Translations under genes and position numbers: made by a program
The notes under the pieces: generated by a model
Told to the model about the DNA's origin: nothing
Database searches by the model: none
The model's input: the letters and a program-made list of their open reading frames with translations, nothing else
Shown here: positions 26,974 to 34,330 of the stretch, piece after piece
Position numbering within the stretch: position 1 is the stretch's first letter
How the letters are laid out: every line of letters begins with the position of its first letter
Source of the DNA: an uncultured Collinsella sp.
GTDB lineage: Bacteria; Actinomycetota; Coriobacteriia; Coriobacteriales; Coriobacteriaceae
Assembly (NCBI GenBank): GCA_958450865.1
Contig: CAUDNY010000008.1
Location: 56,748-120,747, forward strand
DNA length: 64,000 nucleotides
Direction: 5' to 3'

Positions 26974-27420
26974 CTACAGCTGCTCGAGCATGGACGTGCA
27001 GCCGGCGAGTACGTCGCGGTACGTGGCATCGAAATTGCCGGTGTACCAGGGATCGGCCACGTCGCCGGGACACTCGGTCCAATCGAGCATGCGCGTAATC
27101 TTGCCGTCGGGGTCGTCGCCAAAGATGCGACGCAGGCCCCGCGCGTTCTCAGCATCCATATAGACAATGTGATCCCAGTCGCCATACTCCGCGCGACGCA
27201 CCTGGCGGGCACGGTGCGCAACGACGGGAATCCCGACTTCGCGCAGCTTGGCGACCGTGCCATGATGCGGCGGGTTGCCAATCTCCTCAGTTGAAGTCGC
27301 CGCGGAATCGATGACAAATTCGCCCGCGCGCCCGGCGCGCCGCACCAGCTCGGTAAACACCGACTCAGCCATCGTCGAGCGGCAGATATTCCCATGGCAG
27401 ATAAACAGTACACGTTGCAT
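26974..27420 (-). CDS. low-molecular-weight protein-tyrosine phosphatase
   Basis: MQRVLFICHGNICRSTMAE contains the CX5R(S/T) P-loop. DPWY contains the general-acid Asp. Confidence 0.85.
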   Translation of the reverse strand: MQRVLFICHGNICRSTMAESVFTELVRRAGRAGEFVIDSAATSTEEIGNPPHHGTVAKLREVGIPVVAHRARQVRRAEYGDWDHIVYMDAENARGLRRIFGDDPDGKITRMLDWTECPGDVADPWYTGNFDATYRDVLAGCTSMLEQL

Positions 27421-27480
27421 AGAACGATACCTTTCATATAGAAGGCTGCTAAAGAGTCGAAGCCGGGCGCATGCCAAGTT

Positions 27481-28230
27481 TTATTTCTTGGCCAGTTTGA
27501 AGTAGCGCTCAAATATCAATTCGAAAACGTAATAGAACATCAATCGACTGTCGAGGTCCATGCTGCCCAAGCGGATTTCTTTTTGCACGGTGTAGATAGG
27601 GTAGTCGGCTAGTTTCGAGAGAGAATTTCGAGAAAAGCCGGTGAGCGTGACGACCTTGCATCCGCGCGTTTTGGCTATCGATGTGGCGTCAATAGACACC
27701 TGCGTCTCGCCGCTTACGGAAACGCTGAAGACCAGGTCGTTTTTGCCGAGGAGTTCTGCGTAATGCCTCATGACATGGCGTTCACTGAGCGTATCGGTGT
27801 TCTTGCCCATTATTTTGAGCTTTTCAGCCATTTCGAGGCACGGGTACTTCGAAAAGCCCGAGCAGAAGAACACGATATGCGAGGCGTCCTGGATAAGACT
27901 CACGACCGAATCGATGACCCGGTCGTTAAGCAGATCTTTGGTCTGTACGAGCTGGGTATCAAGAGGAAGCGCCTCGATAGTGAATCGATTGCGGTCGAGC
28001 GAGGCGGAATACGATTGTTTGAGCTCTGTAAACCCCGAGAAGCCAAGCTTGTGGGCAAGCCTGACGATTGTATTGGGAGCGACGAAGAACCGTTCAGCAA
28101 CGCTCTTAAGCGTGACATCGTCAATATCATCACGCAGCTCGATGATGTAGCGCATGATCTCGCTTTCGAGATCGTTGAGCTTGCTCTCGCCAGCTCGCAC
28201 ATGATCATAAAAAGATTCTTGATCTTTCAT
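27481..28230 (-). CDS. RpiR/MurR-family regulator (HTH + SIS), GlvR-like
   Basis: HTH LKSVAERFFVAPNTIVRLAHKLGFSGFTELK. SIS domain follows. Lower GC than the flanks. Confidence 0.85.
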   Translation of the reverse strand: MKDQESFYDHVRAGESKLNDLESEIMRYIIELRDDIDDVTLKSVAERFFVAPNTIVRLAHKLGFSGFTELKQSYSASLDRNRFTIEALPLDTQLVQTKDLLNDRVIDSVVSLIQDASHIVFFCSGFSKYPCLEMAEKLKIMGKNTDTLSERHVMRHYAELLGKNDLVFSVSVSGETQVSIDATSIAKTRGCKVVTLTGFSRNSLSKLADYPIYTVQKEIRLGSMDLDSRLMFYYVFELIFERYFKLAKK

Positions 28231-28528
28231 AAGATGTTTCAGCCCCTCGCACCTCGTCGTATATATGGTACCGCTTTGTGTTGCCAGGTGAGAAATCGGT
28301 AATCGGTCAAGATTGCCTATTGCCCATGAACTGGGCAAACGCGCGTGTCTGCCTACACATATCTGTGTCGTGAGCGAAATCATGTGTCCCCGTTTCGCAT
28401 TGGCCCACACGGGGACTCTCAAATGACCTTATGTCGCAAAATATCAATCGAAACGAAGCAAGCCGAGGACAACCGCGGAGCCCAAGGTCTTCGAGAACAC
28501 CGATCAGCCAACCCTGGAGGGACGGAAC

Positions 28529-29854
28529 ATGAAGGATAAGCTCAATATTGTGATCGTTGGCGGCGGCTCCACGTGGTGCCCTGGCATTCTTAAAGCCCTG
28601 ACCAAGCACATGGACATTCTGCCGCTGAACCGCGTGATGCTCTATGACATCGATGCCGAGCGTCAGCGTCCGATCGGCGAGTTTGGCAAGATCCTCTTCG
28701 CCGAGGAGGAGCCCGGTGTGGAGTTTGGTTACACCACCGATAAGGACGAGGCTTACACCGACGTCGACTTTGTGCTCTGCCAGATTCGTACCGGCGGCTA
28801 CGAGATGCGTAGCAAGGACGAGAAGATTCCGCTGCATATGGGAATCATCGGCCAGGAAACGGTGGGCCCTGGCGGCATGGCTTACGGTATGCGCTCCATG
28901 CATGACATGGTTGAGATCGTCAACGACGTTCGCGCTCATAGCCCGGAGGCGTGGATTATCAACTACACCAACCCGGCTGCTATTGTGGCATATGGTCTCG
29001 AGCGCGTCCTGCCCGATGAGCATCGCGTCCTCAACATCTGCGATCAGCCCGTCAACCTCATGCGCTCTTACGGTCGCCTGCTCGGTCGCGATATGAGCAA
29101 GACGGAGCCCGTGTACTTTGGTCTCAATCACTTCGGTTGGTTCAAGCACATCTACGATGAAGAGGGCCATGACCTTGTCCCGCAGATTAAGGAGTACACG
29201 GAGAAGAACGGCTTCCTTCCTGCCGATGCCGAGCAGCGTGACCAGTCCTGGCTCGACACCTACGCCATGGTCAAGGACATGCTCGAGGACTTCCCCGACT
29301 ATCTGCCCAACACTTATCTGCAGTACTATCTGTATCCCGAGTACAAGGTCGCTCACCTCGACCCCGACTACACTCGCTCCGACGAGGTTATCAACGGTCG
29401 TGAGAAGCGCGTGTTCGCCGAGTGCGAGCGTGTTGCCAAAGTCGGCACCGCAAAGAACTCCTCGGTTGTGCAGAACGATGCTCATGGCGATATGATCGTG
29501 GAAATCACCTCGGCCATTTATCGCAACACCAACAAGACCTTCATTGTCATCGTGCCCAACAACGGCATTATCGAGGGTATGCCCGATGACGCCATGGTCG
29601 AGGTCGCGGCAAGCGTGGGCGCCAATGGCCCGCAGCCCTATGCTGTTGGCAAGATCGGCACCTTCTATCGCGGCCTTATGGAGAACCAGTACGCCTATGA
29701 GCGCCTGACTGTTGAGGCTTGGATGGAGGGTTCCTACGAGAAGGCCCTGCAGGCACTCACGCTTAATCGTCTGGTCGGTGACGCAAAGAAGGCTCGCAAA
29801 GTGCTCGACAAGCTCATCGAGGCCAATAAGGATTACTGGCCGGAGCTTAAGTAG
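28529..29854 (+). CDS. glvA: GH4 6-phospho-alpha-glucosidase (GlvA/MalH-like)
   Basis: IVIVGGGSTWCPG NAD-binding N-terminus, GQETVGPGGMAYGMRS, NYTNPAAIV. Colinear with B. subtilis GlvA as I recall it. Confidence 0.8.
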   Translation: MKDKLNIVIVGGGSTWCPGILKALTKHMDILPLNRVMLYDIDAERQRPIGEFGKILFAEEEPGVEFGYTTDKDEAYTDVDFVLCQIRTGGYEMRSKDEKIPLHMGIIGQETVGPGGMAYGMRSMHDMVEIVNDVRAHSPEAWIINYTNPAAIVAYGLERVLPDEHRVLNICDQPVNLMRSYGRLLGRDMSKTEPVYFGLNHFGWFKHIYDEEGHDLVPQIKEYTEKNGFLPADAEQRDQSWLDTYAMVKDMLEDFPDYLPNTYLQYYLYPEYKVAHLDPDYTRSDEVINGREKRVFAECERVAKVGTAKNSSVVQNDAHGDMIVEITSAIYRNTNKTFIVIVPNNGIIEGMPDDAMVEVAASVGANGPQPYAVGKIGTFYRGLMENQYAYERLTVEAWMEGSYEKALQALTLNRLVGDAKKARKVLDKLIEANKDYWPELK

Positions 29855-29883
29855 CTAGTTCCATAGCGCTTGATAACTGTTAT

Positions 29884-29922
29884 GGGGCGTGTGGGCTGTA
29901 GAGCTGCACGCCCCGTTTCTTT
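29884..29922 (+). terminator. intercistronic hairpin + T-run between the GH4 and PTS genes (terminator or attenuator)
   Basis: ggggcgtg - 15 nt - cacgcccc followed by GTTTCTTT. Confidence 0.45.
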
Positions 29923-29936
29923 AAGAGGGGTATCCC

Positions 29937-31499
29937 ATGAACAAAGATGAGCTGCTGGCAAAGTTCCAGCGCCTGGGCAAAGTCCTCATGACGCCTGTCT
30001 TGATCCTGCCAATCGCCGGCATCCTTCAGGGCTTTGGCAATGCCTTTACCAGCCCCACCCTTACGGCAGCTGTTCCCTGGCTTGCTGCTCCGGGCTTTGC
30101 GATTTTCTTTTCGATTCTCAAGGCCGCGGCCGGCATCGTTATGAACAACATCCCGGTTATCTTCTCGATTTGTCTCGCCTATGGCTTCGCCAAGTCCGAG
30201 AAGGCTACCGCGGCGCTTTGTGGCTTTTTGGGCTACATGTGCATGAACTCCGTGATGGGCACGTTCCTTACGGCGACTGGCGTTATCGATCCTGCGAATC
30301 TTACGACGGGCCAGAGCACGATTCTCGGCATCACCACGCTCGACACTGGCGTTATCGGCGGTCTTCTGGTGGGTGCAATCGTCGCATGGCTGCATAACCG
30401 TTACTACAAGATTGAGCTGCCTGCCGTGTTCTCCATCTTCAACGGCACGCGCTTTATCCCGGCGGTGACGCTGCTCTCATGCAGCATCCTCGCATTGGTC
30501 ATGTCCTTTGTTTTCCCGTTTATTCAGAACGCTCTCGGCGCACTGTCCGAGTTCATCAAGACCACGGGTGCCTTTGGAGCATTTGTCTATGGCGCCGGCG
30601 AGCGTATGCTCCTGCCTTTTGGCCTGCATCATTTTGTCTATTTGCCGTTCTTCTTCACGTCGCTCGGTGGCGTCGAGACCATCGACGGCCAGACTGTTCA
30701 GGGCGCTATCAATATCTACAACGCGATCCTGGGCTCTTCTAGCACGCCGTTTAACATCGAGGTCAGCCGTTTTGTCATGAACGGCAAGGTTGTCTTCGCC
30801 ATGTTCGGCCTGCCTGGCGCTGCACTCGCCTTCTACAAGACAGCGCTTCCCAAGAACAAGAAGAAGACCGCAGCGCTCATGATCGCCATCGTGGTGCCTT
30901 GCATCCTCTCCGGCATTACCGAGCCGCTCGAGTACTCCTTCCTGTTCATCGCGCCCATCCTCTACGTGTTCCACGCTCTCATGGCTGGTCTTGCCTATGC
31001 GCTGACCTATATCCTGCAGTTCAACGTGGCCGGTTCCGCGTCCTTCGGCGGCCCGCTCCTGTCGCTTATCTTTAATGGCATCATGGGCGCCGCAAAGGGT
31101 TCCAACTGGCAGGTTATCCTGTTCCTCGGCCCCATCTACTTCGTGGTGTACTACTTCGTCTTCAAGTTCATCATTCTTAAGAAGGGCCTTAAGACCCCCG
31201 GCCGCGAGGAAGAGTCCGACGATGAGGCTGAAAAGGCTCCCAAGACCGTGATCAGCGACCTCATTCCCGCCATCGTTGAGGCAGTGGGCGGCGACAACAA
31301 TATTAAGTCTGTCGAGGCCTGCTTCACCCGTCTGCGCATCCAGCTCAATGACTGTGACAAGGTGGTTGATGACGCCGAGTTTACCGAAAAGCTCGAAGCG
31401 CGTGGCATCGTGCATGTTAACGGCGGCGTGCAGATTGTCTACGGCAACATGGCTTCTAACTACGCAACCCAGATGCGCGAGCTGCTGGGCATGGAGTAA
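29937..31499 (+). CDS. PTS EIICB, glucose/maltose/alpha-glucoside family (GlvC/MalP-like); no EIIA domain
   Basis: The N-terminus FQRLGKVLMTPVLILPIAGIL is typical of EIIC-Glc. C-terminal EIIB NIKSVEACFTRLRIQL carries the catalytic Cys. Confidence 0.85.
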   Translation: MNKDELLAKFQRLGKVLMTPVLILPIAGILQGFGNAFTSPTLTAAVPWLAAPGFAIFFSILKAAAGIVMNNIPVIFSICLAYGFAKSEKATAALCGFLGYMCMNSVMGTFLTATGVIDPANLTTGQSTILGITTLDTGVIGGLLVGAIVAWLHNRYYKIELPAVFSIFNGTRFIPAVTLLSCSILALVMSFVFPFIQNALGALSEFIKTTGAFGAFVYGAGERMLLPFGLHHFVYLPFFFTSLGGVETIDGQTVQGAINIYNAILGSSSTPFNIEVSRFVMNGKVVFAMFGLPGAALAFYKTALPKNKKKTAALMIAIVVPCILSGITEPLEYSFLFIAPILYVFHALMAGLAYALTYILQFNVAGSASFGGPLLSLIFNGIMGAAKGSNWQVILFLGPIYFVVYYFVFKFIILKKGLKTPGREEESDDEAEKAPKTVISDLIPAIVEAVGGDNNIKSVEACFTRLRIQLNDCDKVVDDAEFTEKLEARGIVHVNGGVQIVYGNMASNYATQMRELLGME

Positions 31500-31526
31500 A
31501 CGCCCCACATATCTATAAAATCCGGT

Positions 31527-31567
31527 AAAAAGGCGGCGGCAGACAATGCGTCTGTCGCCGCCTTTGA
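31527..31567 (+). terminator. intrinsic terminator after PTS EIICB
   Basis: AAAA aggcggcggcagac - aatgc - gtctgtcgccgcct TT. Confidence 0.7.
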
Positions 31568-31581
31568 GTTGCCCCACACGC

Positions 31582-31642
31582 ATTTCGTGTACTTGAAATA
31601 CACGAAATCGTAGAAAAGCGTGTATCTGAAGTACACGAAATT
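31582..31642. repeat. two tandem imperfect palindromes sharing TCGTGTA-N7-TACACGAAAT
   Basis: atttcgtgta-cttgaaa-tacacgaaat (31582-31608) and cgtgta-tctgaag-tacacgaaatt (31619-31642). Confidence 0.7.
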
Positions 31643-31725
31643 GCACTGCTGAAGCTTCCGGGCGGATAAACATACTCATATTGGGCGGTTCACCGGTTGC
31701 TCGCCACCCTAGGCTGTGTTCGCCC

Positions 31726-32988
31726 CTATGCCCGTATTGAGGGCTGTGCTGATTGACGGCGACGCTCCCAGCGAGCCAGCTTAATCGTCACCAGCGCGAG
31801 CGCCCAGGCCACAAGCGAGAACGCGGCTCCCACTGCGCCCACGTACGCAATGCCAATGCTGCTTACCACGGCGCCGCCCACTGCGGTGCCAAACGAGATG
31901 CCGACGTTAAACGCCATGGGCTCAACCGAACTTGCGAGTACCATCGACTTGGGATGGCGGCTGCGTGCCACGTCCATAAAGTGCGTGATGCACGACACCG
32001 AGAACAGGTACATGAGCAGCGCCAAGCTAAAGACAAAGACCAGCGCGAGCGGCATGGTGCCGCCCACAGCAAACAGCCCGAGCAGCGCCGCAGCCTGCAG
32101 CACAAACGTCACAAGCAGTGCCTTCATGCCAAAGCGCGCATCGATCCATCCGCCCAGGATGTTCGAGATCAGACAGAACACGCCGTAGGCCATAAGCGTG
32201 GTGCTCGCCTGAACGGTGCCCATGCCCAGCACCTGCTCAAGATAAGGCGTCACGTAGCCGTAGAACACGTAGACCGAGCCCACGCCAAACAAAAAGATGA
32301 GCATGCCGGTGATGATGCTCGGCTCGCGTAGCAGACCCGCCTGCTCGCGGAAGGTGGCAGGCTCGTCGGTTTGCCCAGCGCGCGGCATAAACGCCACGAG
32401 CGCTCCGCAGATCAGAACGGCAAAGGTAAGCGTGCCGTACATGGCCACGTGCCAGTCGAGCGTGTCGGCCACAAACTTGCCGATCGAAGTGACAAAGACC
32501 ATTGCCACGGAAAACGCACCATATACCACCGAGATGGCAAGCGAAGTTTGCTGCGGGGACAGCAGCTCGGGGATGTACGTCACGCCCACGGCGAGCAGTG
32601 CGCCCGAGACGGAGCCCAGGACAATGCGCGAGATAAACAGCACCTGGAAGTTGGGCGCCAACGCCATGACCAGGTTGCCGAGCACAAAGACGATGCTGTA
32701 GCACACGAGCAGCTGGTAGCGGCGGAATCGCCCCGTGCTGAGCGCAAGCGCCGGCGTGGCGATAGCGTAGACGAGCGCGAACACGCTGATGAGCTGGCCC
32801 GCAGTAGCAAGTGATACGCCGAGTTCCGTTGCCAAGTCGCTCTCGATACCGATGACCACGAACTCGGAGCAGCCGAGAGAGAATCCCAACAGCACGAGCA
32901 GCGCCAGGCAGAGCTTGGTGCGCGCGGGGGAGAGCGCGGCGGCGGTTGACTTACTTTTAGGCGTGGTTGCGGCGGTCAAGGTTGTCAC
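31726..32988 (-). CDS. MFS transporter (DHA1/YdhP-like); start uncertain (GTG 32988 or TTG 32979)
   Basis: 12-TM pattern; GRFRRYQ loop motif. The tracked ORF extends upstream through a non-coding palindrome, so a shorter start is preferred. Confidence 0.75.
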   Translation of the reverse strand: MTTLTAATTPKSKSTAAALSPARTKLCLALLVLLGFSLGCSEFVVIGIESDLATELGVSLATAGQLISVFALVYAIATPALALSTGRFRRYQLLVCYSIVFVLGNLVMALAPNFQVLFISRIVLGSVSGALLAVGVTYIPELLSPQQTSLAISVVYGAFSVAMVFVTSIGKFVADTLDWHVAMYGTLTFAVLICGALVAFMPRAGQTDEPATFREQAGLLREPSIITGMLIFLFGVGSVYVFYGYVTPYLEQVLGMGTVQASTTLMAYGVFCLISNILGGWIDARFGMKALLVTFVLQAAALLGLFAVGGTMPLALVFVFSLALLMYLFSVSCITHFMDVARSRHPKSMVLASSVEPMAFNVGISFGTAVGGAVVSSIGIAYVGAVGAAFSLVAWALALVTIKLARWERRRQSAQPSIRA

Positions 32989-33037
32989 TCCAATGTCGCA
33001 TGAATAAGCGGGATTCAATCCCTGCAACTCTAACAGA

Positions 33038-33068
33038 ATGTGACAAAGGAGCAGTCTCTTTGTCACAT
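33038..33068. repeat. GACAAAGGGAC palindrome, copy 2 (variant; in a divergent promoter region)
   Basis: atgtgacaaaggagcagtctctttgtcacat. Confidence 0.8.
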
Positions 33069-33075
33069 GAAGACC

Positions 33076-33106
33076 TTGCCTGTATAGTCGCAATACAGGC
33101 GAAGAT
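33076..33106 (+). promoter_or_regulatory. putative MerR-type promoter/operator P1: TTGCCT - 19 bp - GAAGAT with dyad CCTGTAT-N7-ATACAGG
   Basis: Read directly. 23 of 31 positions are identical to 34216-34246. Lies 35 nt upstream of the lpdD-idi ATG. Confidence 0.45.
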
Positions 33107-33140
33107 GGTCTCAGGTACATCGCGGGCGACAGGAGATCCC

Positions 33141-34088
33141 ATGGGTATGCACACGACAAAGGTTGCAGTGGGCGAGGGCAAGTTTGCGCTCGAGGCCCAG
33201 TTGACGGTGACGCCGCGAGGCATGGTGGCGTACGCCTGCTCGCCGGAGTTCGCGCACCTGGGCGCTACAGCGCAGGCCATTCCGCGCCCCGAGCCCGACC
33301 GTACGGCGACGGTGAGCATCCTGGCCGTTCCGTGCCATCGAGATGAGATCCCGGCGCACGATATCGCGGCGGCGCTGGCCACGCGCTTTAGTGTGCCGGT
33401 AGTTGCAAGCACAGGTTTTCATGTCGAGCAGGCGAGCACGGATGACCTGCAGCGCGTGCTCGATACCACCAAGGAGCTCATCGCCGCGCTCGAGGAAGCT
33501 GCCGCCCGCATTCTGCGCGCCGGCTGGGATGAGGGCGGCGCGGGTGCCGAGGTCGTGGCGGTCGATGCCGCGACCGGCGAGGCGCTCGGCCCCGTCGATC
33601 GCATCGAGGCCCATGCCGGTGAGGGCATCCTGCATCAGGCATTTCTGACGCTTCTGGTCGAGGGACAGGGCGAAGACGCGCGCCTGCTGCTCTGCCGCCG
33701 CAGCCCGCTCAAGCGCCTGTGGGGCGGCGTGCTGGCCGACGGCTGCGCCGGGCATCCGCTCCCTGGGGAAGACGTCGCCGTCGCGACGGCGCGTCGCATC
33801 AACGAAGAGCTCGGCATCACGCGCGCATCCGACCAGCTCAAGCACCTCGGTCACGTGACCTACCGCGAGGACCACGGCGACGGTCGCTGCGAGTGCGAAT
33901 GGTGCGAGGTCTACCTTGTCCATGTTGAGCCGGGCGAGCTGCATATCAACCAAGAGGAGATCTCGGAAGTGCGCCGCGTGGCCCCGTCCGAGCTCAAAGG
34001 CTACCTGCAGGGTCACCCTGAGCAGCTGGCCCCCTGGCTCCGCGAGGCTCTGGAGGTCCCCTCCATCCGCGCAGCCCTCGCTATGTGA
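33141..34088 (+). CDS. fusion protein: LpdD/KpdD-like prFMN-decarboxylase D subunit (N-terminal, about 135 aa) + isopentenyl-diphosphate delta-isomerase type 1 / Nudix domain (C-terminal, about 170 aa)
   Basis: AGGAG lies 5 nt before the ATG at 33141. The N-terminal part has ...SPEFAHLGAT...VPCHRDE...STGFHVEQASTDDL. The C-terminal part has EAH..LHQAF, RRSPLKRLWGGVLADGCAGHP, RRINEELGI and ECEWCEVY, in IDI-1 order. Single uninterrupted frame. Confidence 0.75.
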   Translation: MGMHTTKVAVGEGKFALEAQLTVTPRGMVAYACSPEFAHLGATAQAIPRPEPDRTATVSILAVPCHRDEIPAHDIAAALATRFSVPVVASTGFHVEQASTDDLQRVLDTTKELIAALEEAAARILRAGWDEGGAGAEVVAVDAATGEALGPVDRIEAHAGEGILHQAFLTLLVEGQGEDARLLLCRRSPLKRLWGGVLADGCAGHPLPGEDVAVATARRINEELGITRASDQLKHLGHVTYREDHGDGRCECEWCEVYLVHVEPGELHINQEEISEVRRVAPSELKGYLQGHPEQLAPWLREALEVPSIRAALAM

Positions 34089-34112
34089 AAAAAGACAGTT
34101 CCTTTGCCATAT
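34083..34112. repeat. GACAAAGGGAC palindrome, degenerate copy 3 (contains the lpdD-idi ATG-TGA end)
   Basis: atgtgaaaaaagacagttcctttgccatat. Same ATGTGA junction as copy 4, but the arms are decayed. Confidence 0.3.
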
Positions 34113-34114
34113 CC

Positions 34115-34181
34115 AAACCGTCACAGCATTCGATGAAAATCTCGAAATCGAGGAAAAGCGTCGAATGTTGTGACGGTTTTT
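34115..34181 (+). terminator. long-stem intrinsic terminator after lpdD-idi
   Basis: aaaccgtcacagcattcga - 27 nt - tcgaatgttgtgacggttt (19 bp, 1 mismatch) followed by TTTTT. Confidence 0.7.
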
Positions 34182-34215
34182 GTCCAGGGGATCGCTTCTC
34201 ATCCAAAAATCCCGC

Positions 34216-34246
34216 TTGACTGTATTGCCGCAACACAGCGCAACGT
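34216..34246 (+). promoter_or_regulatory. putative MerR-type promoter/operator P2: TTGACT - 19 bp - CAACGT with dyad CTGTAT-N9-ACACAG
   Basis: Aligns without gaps to P1: ttgaCTGTATtgcCGCAAcACAG versus ttgcCTGTATagtCGCAAtACAG. Confidence 0.4.
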
Positions 34247-34281
34247 AAGGGGTGTCCGATAACGGGCGCCCCTTTTTAAGT
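34247..34281 (+). promoter_or_regulatory. terminator-like hairpin in the 5' leader of the permease-ubiD-ubiX operon
   Basis: aaggggtgtccg - ATAA - cgggcgcccctt (12 bp including two G-U pairs), running into TTTTT. About 50 nt before the permease ATG. Confidence 0.45.
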
Positions 34282-34330
34282 GGCAACGCGGCTGCGAATC
34301 CGGAGCGCCCCCAACAAGAAAGGTGGGGAG

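Noticed and set aside
33141-34088. Possibility that the LpdD-IDI fusion is two adjacent genes merged by my reading
   Set aside because: The frame is continuous, with no stop between the LpdD-like part and the IDI part. No internal RBS/ATG pair sits at the junction (..ALEEAAARILRAGWDEGGAGAEVVAVDA..). A sequencing frameshift cannot be excluded without reads, so this is listed as a refutation test rather than accepted.
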